Below, in pieces: positions 16,506-30,144 of a stretch of DNA of 64,000 nucleotides. The DNA lies in the NCBI GenBank assembly GCA_951406725.2, contig OX597832.1:31186001-31250000 (forward strand), read 5' to 3'. Each line of letters starts with the position of its first letter. The stretch's first letter is position 1. This DNA is from Octopus vulgaris (lineage: Eukaryota). The position numbers and the translations under genes are program-made. The notes beneath the pieces were generated by a model that worked only from the letters and a program-made list of their open reading frames with translations, was not told the origin of the DNA and did no database searches.

Positions 16506-16949
16506 TATGTGTATGTATGTATGTCTATGTATGTTTGTCTCTGTGTGGGTGCGTTGTTGTGTATAAGAAAAGAGATGATAAACGGCGGTGTCCACTACGA
16601 GATGCGCTGCGCTCATAGTTTAGTGCCTGCGTGTAACACATTACAGTTTCCCCAGACCCCTTAAACAATGTAATTCATTTGGGAAAGCAAATGCATTTAA
16701 GCATCCATACAGGAAGGGATTGTCAATGGGAAAGCAAAAATATGGAGGATGAAATCCAAAGTCTCCTTCCAAAATTAGAATTAGCACCACGCTAATGAAG
16801 TTCATAAAATAATTAGTTATTCCTTTGTCATCTCTTTTTTAATTAAAGTTTGGTGAGAATAATATTTAGTGTGTCTCCTTCCTTGAAACGTGACGTAAAT
16901 GAGATAAATGCCAAGTAATAACAGAGATGAAAATAATGGAGAAAATGTG

Positions 16950-17250
16950 TAGATTAGTGGTTAGGGTGTTCGGTTGGAAGCCATAAGATCATGAGATCGA
17001 TTCCTGGTGGGGCGTCGTGTCTTTATTTCACGTTTCTCCAATCCATACAACTGGCCGGAATGAATATCCCCTGTATTCGAAGGGGGTCAGCTTTGTCACA
17101 TCCTGTATCATACTGAATCTCCCTGAGAACTACGTTAAGGGTACGGGTGTCTGTGGAGCGCTCAGTCACTCGTACGTTAATTTCACAAGCAGGCTGTTCT
17201 GGTGACCGGATCACCTGGAAAACTCATCGTCGTAAGCGACGGAGGACCAG
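16950..17250 (+). mobile_element. tRNA-derived SINE (family C), degenerate
   Basis: TTAGTGGTTAGGGTGTT A-box-like and GATCGATTCC B-box-like; body GAACTACGTTAAGGGTAC..GTCTGTGGAG..CTCAG recurs degenerately at ~52290-52345. Confidence 0.55.
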
Positions 17251-17394
17251 TTATCTTTCTTTTTGTTTTTAGAAATTATTAAAGTATTACAACAATATAA
17301 AAATCTATTTCACATCATAAATACAAGAGACATTAACACCGAATGGAAAGAAACCAGCCAGAAGGAAGTTTCTATGAACCAAGAACATCCTGGC

Positions 17395-17598
17395 TTCGGT
17401 ACAAGGCCAGCAATTTCGGGGAACGGGCGGGAGTCGATTACATCGACCCCAGTGCTTGACTGGTACTTATTTTATCGACCTCGGAAGTATGAAAGGCAAA
17501 GTCAACCTCGGCGAAATTCGAACTCAGAACGTAAAAATGGACGAAATGCCGTTTAGCCTTTTGTCCGGCATGCTAACCATTCCGCTAGCTCGATGCCC
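17395..17598 (-). mobile_element. tRNA-derived SINE family A, diverged
   Basis: Contains ATCGACCCCAGTG..TGGTACTTATTTTATCGAC..GAAAGGCAAAGTCAACCTCGGCG..GAACTCAGAAC as in other copies. Confidence 0.8.
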
Positions 17599-18386
17599 TG
17601 AACAACCCATTATTAAAATCCCATAAACACACACCTTAACGTATATTGTATACATTTATAAATCATCCTTAACAATATGATACCAACGTTTGTTTTTCTT
17701 CTTATATTTAAAAGTCATTTATTACGTTAGTTGCCCATGATTGGAGATTATCGTTGGTCTAGTTACAGCATATTGGGATTTGTAAATGCAGCAACGAGGT
17801 AGTCACACCATAGCAGATAACAATGTAAGCAGTGACGAAATGATTTGAAAATAAATCTTGTGCAGGTGAAAAGACTTGCAATGTTCACGTTTTTAGAACT
17901 TTGAACAAACAACAATAAATGATGATATTTTCATTAACAACATATTTTACCGGCAAAAAATAAAGAAAAAAGTATAAAAGATCAACTTATCTAGAAACCC
18001 CTCCCATAACTGATTCACTAAGGAAACAAAGTAAAAGAAAAAAGGGGATTAATTTATCAGTAGAAGACGGGTGGGGGAGAGAGTAACGGGTTGTACACCC
18101 TAGATCAAATGGCATGTTTAGCCGCGCCACGTGGACGTGATTGCAATGGCGTTGACGGGCCACAGTTATCCCGATTTTGGGGAGGAAGTATAAATATTAA
18201 ATATATCAACTATAACAAAGCTGTGAATAAACTTCACGACTAATGTCATTGAGAAATTAATGAGTAGACGTATAAGTTGTAAATCTTAGACCAACTTGTT
18301 ACATTGGGCATTCATGTATCACAGTGTAGTGGCAGCTGAACATGCATCTGCAACAAGGATCTGTTGCAGTATGTCATATTGTTATA

Positions 18387-18956
18387 TTGGGTTGTCCGGA
18401 AAGTTCGTGCCGATTTATAGTAGTTTACCTTTCGACTTATTTTAGAACATGGTTGAGTTCATAAAATAGGATTTGACTACACCTCCATTTAGAGCACAGT
18501 TTAAGTTATCTTTTCTTGGAAGAAGGTTTATGTTCCTATAACCTGTGTTAATTCTGTAACCCTTTAAAATGGAAGATAAGAAAGTTCATTTTCGGCGCTT
18601 GATGCTTTGGGAACCAGAGAAAAATTGCTGCAGCTCGGCTGGGATGTGTTACCCCACCCTCCATATTCATCAGATATTGCTCCTTCGGATTTCCACTTAC
18701 TCAGGTCTCTGCAGAATAGTCTTAGTGGTAAAAATTTCAATTCCATGGATGACGTAAAAAGATACCTTGATGAATTCTTTGCCATGAAACTCCCTCGATT
18801 CTGGGAAGAGGGTATTTTCCATGTTAAAGGAAAGATGGAGACGCATTGTGCAACAAAATGGTTCATATTTGGTTGATTAAAAATATTATAATGGAAAGTA
18901 TTTATTGACCTTTTTCTTTCGTTTAAAAATCGGCACGAACTTTCCGGACAACCTAA
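18387..18956 (+). mobile_element. Internally deleted mariner DNA transposon
   Basis: ~30-bp TIRs TTGGGTTGTCCGGAAAGTTCGTGCCGATTT / AAATCGGCACGAACTTTCCGGACAACCTAA with TA on both sides. Transposase N-terminus MEDKKVHFRRLMLW is fused to C-terminal GWDVLPHPPYSSDIAPSDFHLLRSLQN (mariner YSPDLAPSD motif). Confidence 0.95.
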
Positions 18957-19534
18957 TATTATGCAATATATATGAAACTAGATGGAATACAAATGACCTA
19001 TATAAACGACAAGAACAACCTAGAATAGTCGTGCTGGATATGTACATTGCTAAACGAAACGAAAAGCTCAACACACCGAGAAAATACGCTGCTAAAACAA
19101 ACAGAAATGACTGCGGCAAGGTTATTTAAAAGAGTTGTTTATGAAAGAAATTTCGTCAGTTATAAAACTATTTAAAACCTGGGAATAAAAGTTGAGAATT
19201 AGGACATATTGTTTGTGGATTCCTTTTTATCTCTGCAAATCTAAAACAGACGCAGTAAAGTACGGATGTACGACATGATATGCTGGAAATAATTGCGATT
19301 AATGGGGTTTGAAGTTATTTTCATGTCATCGTAGATAAATTAGTTCTGAAATGAAGATAATATTGGGATTGGACTGGAGCTAAACAAGGAGGAGAACAAC
19401 AACCAATAACAGTAACAACAAAAACACAATAAGAGTAACAAGAAGAACAATAACAACAGCAATACAGTCACAACATCAACAAGAACAACAGTATCAAACA
19501 AGAGCGACATCGATAACAGGCACAGAGCAACATT

Positions 19535-19710
19535 TTGGCACAAGGCCAGCAATTTCGGGGGGGGGCATGGGTCGATTGTTCACCTGGTACTTATTTCATC
19601 GAGTCCGAAGCGATGAAAGGAAAAATCGACCTCGGCGAAACTTCAACACAGAACGTAAAGACGGATGGAATGGTGCCGAGCATATAGTTCGACGCACCGA
19701 CGATTCTGCC
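19535..19710 (-). mobile_element. tRNA-derived SINE family A, diverged
   Basis: GGCACAAGGCCAGCAATTTCGGGG...TGGTACTTATTTCATCGA..GATGAAAGG..CGACCTCGGCG, similar to the 17395 copy. Confidence 0.7.
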
Positions 19711-20304
19711 AAAGAACAACATTGTGAGAACAAAAGTGGTTTGGTCTTGGAGAGTCGCAGGAATATTAGAAAACGTTTTGTTCGAAACAGGATATAAAAG
19801 AGAATCGCCGGGAGATTCGGGAAGCCTTTCATGTATGTATGTATGTATGTATGTATGTATGTATGTATGTATGTATGTATGTATGTATGTATGTATGTAT
19901 GTATCTATGTATGCATGCATGTATGTATGTATGTATGTATGTATGTATATATGTATGTATGTATGTATATATGTATGTATGTATGTATGCATGTATGTAT
20001 GTATGTATGTATGTGTGTATGTATGTATGTATGTATGTGTGTATGCATGTATTTATGTATCATGTATGTATTGTATGCTTGTATGTATGTATACACGTAT
20101 GTATTTATGTATGAATGTGCATGTATGTATGTATGTGCGTGTGCGCGCGCGTGTGTGCGCGTAAGTGTGCGTGTGTAAGTATATATATGTATATAGGCAC
20201 ATACACACGTACTCTCTCTCTTTGTCTCCATATATATACACACACATTTACACATTCACGTATGCAGATATGTGTATGAATGCATGTGTACTTACCAACG
20301 TGCA

Positions 20305-20375
<71 letters not shown>

Positions 20376-22072
20376 AAACATGCCATTTCTTGTATGTATG
20401 TATATAGATGTATGCATGATGCACATATGTATACTTCCATACGTATGCGTATATATATTTGTATGCATGCATTATGAACATCTGTGTACATTTACGTTTG
20501 TGTAAAATCTGGAACTTAAACACACACACACTCGCTCACATATACACACACACACATATATACACATTTATATGTGCATGTATATATATATATATATACT
20601 CAGTGTCTGAGTGTATGTATATATATATATATATATACATACATACACTCAGACACTGACACACACACATATATATATATACATATACATATGTAATATA
20701 TATATATATATATATATATATTTTACATTTCCTATTTTTTTTCATTTTCTTCATTTTCTTTTTCTTTGCACATTTCCCTATTGATTTTGTTTTTTTTCTG
20801 GTTTCTTCTTCTTGTACTTTTTGTGTATGTCTTGTGCTTTTATTTTTTGTGATTTTTTGTTTTTTTTTCATCTTGACAGTTGGTGTATATATTATTATTG
20901 TTCACTTATTATTTTTTTTTTTTTATATATATATACATACATACATACATAACACACACATATATATACATATACATATGTAATATATATAAATATATAT
21001 ATATATACATGCATACACACAGACACTCACACACACACACATATACATATACATATATATGTGCATATATATATGTGTGTGTGTATATACATAGACACAT
21101 ACACACATGTTTGGCGAGTGTCTATAGAAAAATCTGAAATAAAAATTATGACAAAAATATTTTGAAGTATTTTTTTGATGTATTTCAAAAAAGACGGAGA
21201 AGAATGTCGATGACATTCGCTGATGCAGAAATGATTCCTTAATCTCCTTTACAGAAGAGTTCCGAACGCAAACATGTTCACCATGTTGGCTGCGTTTTTT
21301 TTTTCACCCCGACACCCATCACTTTCTGACTTCCGTGTGAGCATAAGAATACAGCATGTATGCATACATGTATGTATGTATAAATGTATGTATGTATGTA
21401 TGTATGTATGTATGTATGTATGTATGTATGTATGTATGTATGTATGCATGTATGCATGTATGTATGTATGTATGTATGTATGTATGTATGTATGTATGTA
21501 TGCATGTAGGTATGTATGTATGTATGTATATATGAATATGTATACATGTTTGTGGGTATGTGTGTATGTATTTATGCATGTGTATATATGCATATATTTA
21601 TGTATATATATATACATATATACACATATATGTATATATATATATATAGATATGTGTATGTGTATGTATGTATGTAATTATGCGAGAACGTTTTGCATAT
21701 ATGTGTATATATGTGTCTATGTATGAGTATATATATGTGCGTGTGTGTACGTAACGTATGTATATATGTATGTATATATGTATATATATGTATAGATGTA
21801 TATATATGTATATATATATATATATATATACATATATACATATACATATATACATATATATATATACACGCATGTATGCATGTATGAATGAACGTACGTA
21901 TGTGGTAGTTTTAGTTTGAAGAATTTATCTCCAAGAGAGGAAGAGTCGGCCTCCAACACAGAAACAAGCCTCTCTCCTTGGAATTCAGACAAGTTTTGAC
22001 ATCATCATACACATACATGTACGTTTATGTATGTATTTATGTATGTATATATACATACATACAATATAAATA

Positions 22073-22144
<72 letters not shown>

Positions 22145-22481
22145 TATATATATATATATATTTATTTATATATTCAGATGACAAACTAATCTTCTGGGAT
22201 ATTCTACATATTTCACGGTTCCCTTAATGACATGTAATTGTAATTGCTTAATTAGCCGTGTCCTTGCGAATCCCAGTTTCTCAAGATTGTTGTTATGGAG
22301 CTGGGTGGGTGCATTAGTTACATAACCAGCAAATATTCCAGAAACCACTGATACACATAAAATATGTGGAATATCAACAGATTCCACACATAAGGCCAAA
22401 TGTTTCGGTTTGTGGAATATGCGGAGTAGCAGTAGATTCGTCACACATGGTCATATGTTTCGGTTGGTGCGAGTGATAGAA

Positions 22482-22628
<147 letters not shown>

Positions 22629-22629
22629 T

Positions 22630-23105
22630 TGGCTGAAGAAATGAACATTGAAAAAAAGAGACTGATAGCACTATATTGGCAGCGTAGGACCAAGCTTAGG
22701 CCACGAATTGGAGAGTCAGCCTCAGGAATGTGCAAGTGCCTCCGCTGTGCGGCATCTGTAACAGAGTGGATGAAACCATTGCCCATATCACGAAAGAAAG
22801 CTCTAGACTTGCCCAAAACCACTACAAGTTGTGAGACATTGTCAGGTAGCGAATGTGCTACATTGGAAACTACGAAAAGTAGGGGATAGAGAGAGGCAAG
22901 ACGTGGTATGAGCACAAACCGCAGAGAGTGAAAGGGCTGGAGACTAGCAAAATGCTCTGGGATTTTCCCAATCCAAACAGATCAGGTGCTAGAGCATAAC
23001 AGACTGGACGTAGTGGTGGTGGACAGGGTGCACCACATATGCTATACAGTTGCTGTTGCATGCCCCTTTAAACACATGAATATTCAAGGAAATCCGAGAT
23101 AAAAA
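22630..23105 (+). mobile_element. R4/Dong-type LINE fragment (CCHC knuckle + start of REL endonuclease)
   Basis: Frame-shifted translation gives LAQNHYK..., LHWKL..., WYEHKPQRV...SKMLWDF(P)IQTDQVLEHNRLDVVVVDR (REL ILWDF.IQTD...HNRPD motif); flanked by (GAT)n on both sides. Confidence 0.8.
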
Positions 23106-23108
23106 GAA

Positions 23109-23157
<49 letters not shown>

Positions 23158-23364
23158 CTATATTGACCACAAAGAGTTTACATTAAGCAAAACATTAAGG
23201 AGAGCAGAGGACAAACTATTAAGTGTATAATAATAGTGATTATGATGATCTTTTCTTTATTAGCCACTGAGGTTTCATATAAAGAGGTTGCGGACGGAAG
23301 AGGACAATACAATACAAACAGAATGGGATTCAAGCGTTTAAATAAAGAATAACAATGAATATTC

Positions 23365-23836
<472 letters not shown>

Positions 23837-24309
23837 GAGTAGTAATACTAAACCAGCAATTGTTAATTTGCGGCTAAGTCCACGCATTGAACTCTTCTGG
23901 GTTATTCGAGAAGTTTCTTCTTTTTGTCCGGTTTTCGTTCGGACAATGGCTATCGATGAATTTTCTTTGATCGTCGCTCGCCACAAGAGAATTGCGGTTT
24001 CTTTGGTGGTGATGGTGGTGGTGGTGGTGGTGGTAGTGGTGGAGGTGGTCAGTGGTTATTGGATGTTGGCGGGGGGTGGGGTGGGCTCCTTAGTTCCTGA
24101 GTTAGCGTGACTGGGGGATCGAATTTCAGGGCTGGGATTAAAAGCAATGGATTCTTTCGTTTCTGTTACGAGAGTAAAATACAATTCACTCGCCATCACC
24201 ACAGCCACCACCACCACCACAGCCACCACCACAACCACCACCACCACAGCCACCACCACCACAGCCACCACCACCACAGCCACCACCACCACAGCCACCA
24301 CCACAGCCA

Positions 24310-24432
24310 CTCAGCTGGCAAAAATGAGTAACGCTGCGATGGACTGGCGTCCCGTCCAGCTGGGGAACACATACACCACTGAACCCGGGAAACCGGGCCC
24401 GTGAGCCTGACTAGGCTTTAAAAGGGCGCATT

Positions 24433-24435
<3 letters not shown>
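24310..24435 (+). mobile_element. SINE fragment with V-domain-like core
   Basis: GCGATGGACTGGCGTCCCGTCCAG resembles the V-SINE central domain; a degenerate relative lies at ~33970-34205. Confidence 0.5.
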
Positions 24436-24466
<31 letters not shown>

Positions 24467-24468
<2 letters not shown>

Positions 24469-24720
24469 GGAGACCCCCTTCGGTCACGACACAGACCATG
24501 AGATTGCACCTAGAAAGTTACCCTCCTAGACACAAGTCCGGGCAATGTTGTTTATGGAAGACCAGCAGTCGCCCATGCATACCGGCCTCCCCTCTCCACG
24601 CCACCAGTGTTATCCAAGGGAAAGACAAAGGTCAATACAGCTTGGCACCAGTGACGTCGCAACTCATTTCTACAGCTGAGTGAACTGGAGCAACGTGAAA
24701 TAAAGTGCTTTGCTCAAGAA

Positions 24721-24723
<3 letters not shown>
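24467..24723 (-). mobile_element. SINE body between (TA)n tracts
   Basis: Ends in CTGAGTGAACTGGAGCAACGTGAAATAAAGTGCTTTGCTCAAGAACAC, shared with the tRNA-headed copy at 25085-25262. Confidence 0.55.
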
Positions 24724-24776
<53 letters not shown>

Positions 24777-24842
24777 AATGTTTTGCGTAATAAGATAAAA
24801 AAAACAAGGCTGTATAGATATTAGAGCATTTATAGATAGAAG

Positions 24843-24894
24843 GTCTTACAGCTGTTTCTAGGATATTAATTAATAATATCCCTTCATCGGAGAC
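24843..24894 (-). ncRNA. Type-I hammerhead ribozyme-like motif (U4C variant)
   Basis: Minus strand: GTCT-CCGATGA-AG-GGATATTA-TTAAT-TAATATCC-TA-GAAA-CAGCTG-TA^AGAC; stem I 4 bp, stem II at least 8 bp, palindromic stem III, GUA site. Confidence 0.7.
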
Positions 24895-25013
24895 GGTGTG
24901 AGAGGAAAAATTAAGTCATAGTTAATATTTATACATGTATATGTATGTGTGTGTAAAAACAAGGGTCCTTCTCGAGCCATAGACTGACAAGGATGGTTTC
25001 CCTAGATTTTGTA

Positions 25014-25083
<70 letters not shown>

Positions 25084-25084
25084 T

Positions 25085-25261
25085 ACATTTACTTGGAAAG
25101 GATGTCGGTCCGTTGCAGGGTAAACTCATTTTTTGCCAGCTGAATGGCCTGGAGAACGTGAAGTGAAGGGTTTTGCTCAAGAACGCAACGCGTCGCTCGG
25201 TCCAGGAATCGAAACCTCAATCTTTCAATCAGGAGTGTTACACGCTAATCACTAAACCACA

Positions 25262-25262
<1 letters not shown>
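25085..25262 (-). mobile_element. tRNA-derived SINE head
   Basis: Minus strand GTGGTTTAGTGATTAGCG (A box) ... GGTTTCGATTCC (B box) ... TCTTGAGCAAAAC. Confidence 0.7.
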
Positions 25263-25307
<45 letters not shown>

Positions 25308-25616
25308 TATATGCATACATATTGTCCTGGCTTTGTAAATTATTTGAGTCGTGTTGTTTTGTAATGTTTTGTCTTTCTGTTCTTGAGGCAAATAAATAAG
25401 ATGTTCTCCGCGTCCTCCCTCTCCTCCCCTTCCTCCACTTCCTCCTCCCCCCACTCGTCGTCATTGTCGTCATCATCAACCACGACGACGACGAAATCTA
25501 AAATTGTCTTCTAAAGTCTGGAAATGAATAGACAAATTAAAATATGATTGAGTGTTGGATGGAGGGGTGGGTTGGGACGAGGGAGGAGGAGGCTGGCATG
25601 GTAGTTGCTGTTGCTG

Positions 25617-25648
<32 letters not shown>

Positions 25649-25766
25649 GGCGGTGGGAGATAACACTTTAAAGGAGTGAAAGAAAACAAAATAAACAAAA
25701 AAAAAACAAAATCGAGAAACAAAACAAAGCAGGAAAAATAAAAGAACATAGAAGACAAAAACGGAA

Positions 25767-25830
<64 letters not shown>

Positions 25831-26460
25831 ATTCATGTAGATATGTATACATGTATGTGTGTATGTGTGTATATATGCATGTATGTATGCATGTAGTTCT
25901 GCATATGTGTGTGTGTATTTGTGTATTAGTGTGTGTATTTGTGTGTGTGTCTATGTGTGTGTGTGTGTTAGTGTATGTGTGTGTGTGTGTGTTACTGTAT
26001 GTGTGTGTTAGTGTGTGTGTGTGTGTGTGTGTGTTAGTGTATGTGTGTGTGTGTGTTAGTGTATGTGTGTGTGTGTGTGTTACTGTATGTGTGTGTTAGT
26101 GTGTGTGTGTGTGTGTGTGTGTAGTGTATGTGTGTGTGTGTGTGTGTAGTGTATGTGTGTGTGTGTGTGTTACTGTATGTGTGTGTTAGTGTGTGTGTGT
26201 GTGTAGTGCTGACACAATTTTTTAGAAGAGATCCGGGGAGAAGAAAACACAGGAATAAGAGAAATTAAAAGAAAATGAGGGGCGGGAACACACACACACA
26301 CACTAACACACACTAACATACACTGACACACACACTGACACACACATACAGACAGGTGTATTCATATGTACATACACATTTCCTCTCAATGCAAAGAAAA
26401 CTTCTTTCTGTAGGAAGCCATTTTGATTGTGTTAAATATCTTCATTATTATCCTCCTCCT

Positions 26461-26535
<75 letters not shown>

Positions 26536-26789
26536 TATTATTATCATCATCATCATCATCATCATTATTATTATCATCATCATCATCATCGTCGTCGTCG
26601 TCGTCGTCGTTGTCGTTGTTGTTGTTATGTAAAGGGTTTGAGGAAAAGGTTGTTTAATGCCGGGGGTGGGGGTGGGGGTGGGGGTGCAGCGTGGCAATAA
26701 TTGCAGTAATTACATTAAAAGCCACGTGATGAGTAGAAAACTTGTAAAAGCCGTTCAGAATCAGAAAGAGTAATGTCATTAGTTGGGAG

Positions 26790-27016
26790 ACTATTGACTG
26801 CGCATGCGTGTCTTCACAGAGAAAGATTACTCGTTCGGAGTTAGGCTCCGCACATGCGTAGTTTCATAGAATAGTGTCAATGGATTTTAGAGCACGTTCC
26901 ACGCATGTGCAACTTTGCTGAGTAATGTTATAATGTTATTAGTTATAAGTACTGCGCACGCGCAACTTCATATAATAGTGTTATTTACTGAGAGTAGGTG
27001 CTGCACATGCGCAGTG
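26790..27016. repeat. Degenerate ~51-bp tandem repeat, each unit with a TGCGCATGCGCA-like (NRF1-type) core
   Basis: Cores at 26798, 26848, 26899, 26952 and 27001 (spacing 50, 51, 53, 49). Confidence 0.75.
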
Positions 27017-27236
27017 GGTTAGTTATTTCTTTTTTGCAGATATTAGCGAATGTGGACCACTGTACATGTAACCATGAGGCTATGTATGTATGTATGAATG
27101 TATGTATGTGTGTATGTATGTATGTATGTATGTATGTATGTATGTATGTATGTATGTATGTATGTATGTATGTATGTATGCATGTATGTATGTATGTATG
27201 TGTGTGTGTATGTATGTATGTATGTGTGTGTGTATG

Positions 27237-27269
<33 letters not shown>

Positions 27270-27789
27270 GTGTGTGTGTATGTATGTATGTATGTATGTA
27301 TGTATGTATGTATGTATGTATGTATGTGTGTATGTGTGTATGTGTGCATCTATGTATGTATGTATGTATGTATGTATGTATGTATGTATGTATGTATGTA
27401 TGTATGTATGTATGTATGTGTGTGCGTGTGTATGTATGTATGTATGTATGTGTGTGCGTGTATGTGTGTATGTATGTGTGTATGTATGCGTGTATAAACG
27501 TTATGCATGTATGTCATCAATTCAGTTTGGCTGCCACAGTCTGTCATCAATTCAAGATTTCTTACCAATAGAGAAAGAGCCGGTTTCTAACCTAGATGCA
27601 ATGCTCCCTCATTGGGATTTCAATATCAACAACAGGGTATTTTTGTATGTATGTATGTATGTATGTATGTATGTATGTATGTATGTATGTATGTATGTAT
27701 GTATGTATGTATGTATGTATGTATGTATGTATGCATGTATGTATGTGTACGTGCAGATTTGTATGCTTTATGTATGTATTCTCATGCAT

Positions 27790-28080
27790 ATAGCTACATA
27801 TCTAGACATGCTCAGATATATTTAAATGATAAGCTTCTGCAAAGTTTTACAGATCTCTGTAAGTTCCAGGGATGGATTGGATCTGTAGTCTTCGAATCAG
27901 CTTTGTCCTTTCTGGTTTTGAGAAGCCTAATTTCTCAAGATTGATATTTAGGCAGTGTGTTACATATCCCAGTGCCCAAATAATTACAGGTATAAACCTG
28001 AACTTGTAGTCTGGATAGAGCAACTGCAGATTTCTTTAGGCAGTATCTGGATTGTGTGCGTGTAAGAAGGCTTCCAATAA
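27790..28080 (-). mobile_element. R4/Dong-type LINE 3' fragment
   Basis: Minus translation RNLQLLYPDYKFRFIPVIIWALGYVT matches the REL-domain .IPVIIGALG.V motif. Confidence 0.65.
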
Positions 28081-28475
28081 TGTACGAATGTGTGTTTTAC
28101 ATGAATGCAAAGACAAATATCAGAAGGTAATATTCTTTCGTTAATAAACATAACAATTTATTATTCCTTGATGGCAAATCACAGGTGCGATAGTAGAAAG
28201 CACGTCACGGAGTGATTAAGTATTCAAATCAACAGGGTGCAGTGTAAGACATAAATTAATTTCTCCATAACACCCGAGGTGCTTAGATTAGGATCTTGTG
28301 CATCCAGGTAGACTGGGGCAAGCATCTGTCCTGGCAAAGACAAAGGAACACAACAAAGCAGCTCAGCTCGAGGGGCCAAGTAACTCGAAACTGAGTCAGT
28401 CTCGCGATCGTGTGACCTGCCATGGAGTGGTAGGAATACATGAATGTGTATGTGTGTGTGTGTACGTGTGTATGT

Positions 28476-28521
<46 letters not shown>

Positions 28522-28669
28522 ATATGCAGATCGATCCCCTTGTTACTAAGAAACCCAATGAAACCCTATGAACGATGGAATATTTTTCTGAATCCAGAGT
28601 TGTGTCTGTTTCAAGCTGTGAGATGGTGTCGAGTTCTGTTGGGGGCTTCAAGGTGTGCGGTGAAAGTGC

Positions 28670-30140
28670 TGTAGGTGCTACCCTGGTACCCATCGCAGTC
28701 CCCTGTATTTGTAGGTAGTATTGGTTGTCTAAAGAGAAGTAGGTATTTTCTTGTACTAGCTGTTGCCATTCAAGTATGGACTCCTTGGAGAATCTTTCTT
28801 GGATTCTTTGTGAGTATTTGTGTATCCAGACCTCTACTGCTTTTCGTCCTAGGTTATGGGGGGGGGGGTATCGGTGTAGAGACTGACTACATCAAGGCCG
28901 TCTAATATGGTTTCTTTGTTCGTTCTTTTTGAAATGTGGTTTAGGAAATCCATATCATCTCTCTCTATATAAACGGCAGTTTGTCTGTCTGTGTGTCTGT
29001 GTGTCTGTCAGGTTGTACTCTCACCCTGACCACGGCTTTCAACCGATTCTGATGAAACTAAACACACACATAGTCCAATGTCATAATTCAAAACTAACGC
29101 AGCGAAAATTTTGAAAAGCTCCCCCAGTTCTGAAAAAAATCGATAAATTCGACATGGGGTCGAGAATCTAAGCTTTTTATATGCAACACATTTTCTGTCG
29201 GGAGACAGCTAGGAACATCGTATACACAGAAGTATTCGAGTGAATAAAAGACATTGCAACCTACATATGCGTCTTCGTTCCCTAGAGGGAAAGAACTAGA
29301 TTGGGATTAGTCGTTGCCTACTAGGGGCTCTTAAATACCCGGGCAACGCCGGGCTATGCTGCTAGTCTCTAATAAAACTAAGGACCAACTTATATAGGTT
29401 ACTCGGTCTTTGTGTGCTTGATGCTGGTCCTGCTACAATTGATCTTAATTCAAGATCAGATGGTCTGGGAATCTTTATACAGAGAGTCTGAATGTCCTTG
29501 AAACAGTCCTTGATTTCTTTAGATTTGTGGATTTTTGGAAGACCTTACAAGTTACTGGTTTTTACTTCAGACTTAGTAAGGTAATCTCTTTTTTTTTGTA
29601 AGTTCATTTTTATATGTTTTTGTAAGTTTACTAATCTTATTTCATGTATACCTATCTAGATAATTTTCTCATTTTTTTTAAAGAATTGTTGGTTATTCAG
29701 GTGCTCAAGGACCATTTCTCTATAATGGAGTTTGTCTATTCATGCGTAATATTTGATTCTGCATGGTCCATTGTGATATTGGGTTTTGCAGATATTTTCA
29801 GATACATTATATATTCCTCTAAGTATCTGTTTTTGTTTACTGGGGGTATAAAGCTTATCTGGTTCTTCACAATAGATGGATCTTCATTGTGTTTATTTTG
29901 AAAGAAATCTTTAAGGCGGAGTTTTCTGCAAAATTCTTCCGAGTCTTTAATAAGATCTATGGTGTTGCGTTGCGGGGTTGGTGTAAATTTGAGTCCATAT
30001 TTTAGAAGGTTAACTTCCTTTTCTTTGAGGTTTCTTTCTGAAATATTTATTTTATATCGGTCTTCTCTTTATTTGTCTCAAAATTCCATCTATTTCCTGT
30101 ATCCTTAGGTTTCTCTTCCGTGTCTGTTTTGAGTTCGTAT
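28670..30140 (-). mobile_element. Penelope-like retroelement reverse transcriptase, degenerate, interrupted by a Helitron
   Basis: Minus-strand motifs: INISERNLKEKEVNLLKYGLKFTPTP (~30050), LRSIVAGP (~29440), PSFIRD|DMDFLNHI (split by the Helitron) and YYLQIQGTAMGTRVAPT (~28690), all typical of Penelope RT. Confidence 0.85.
28958..29365 (+). mobile_element. Non-autonomous Helitron
   Basis: 5' TC(TCTCTCTATATAAA), subterminal hairpin CCCGGGCAACGCCGGG, 3' CTAG, inserted between A and T with no TSD; removing it restores the Penelope RT reading frame. Confidence 0.9.
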
Positions 30141-30144
30141 ATCC

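Noticed and set aside
26790-27016. CRISPR-like repeat/spacer array
   Set aside because: Cores are short and degenerate, spacers are related to each other, there are no cas genes and the context is eukaryotic.
29048-29060. CTGATGAAAC in the Helitron (also at 51388) as a hammerhead
   Set aside because: There is no stem II between CTGATGA and GAAA and no supporting stems.
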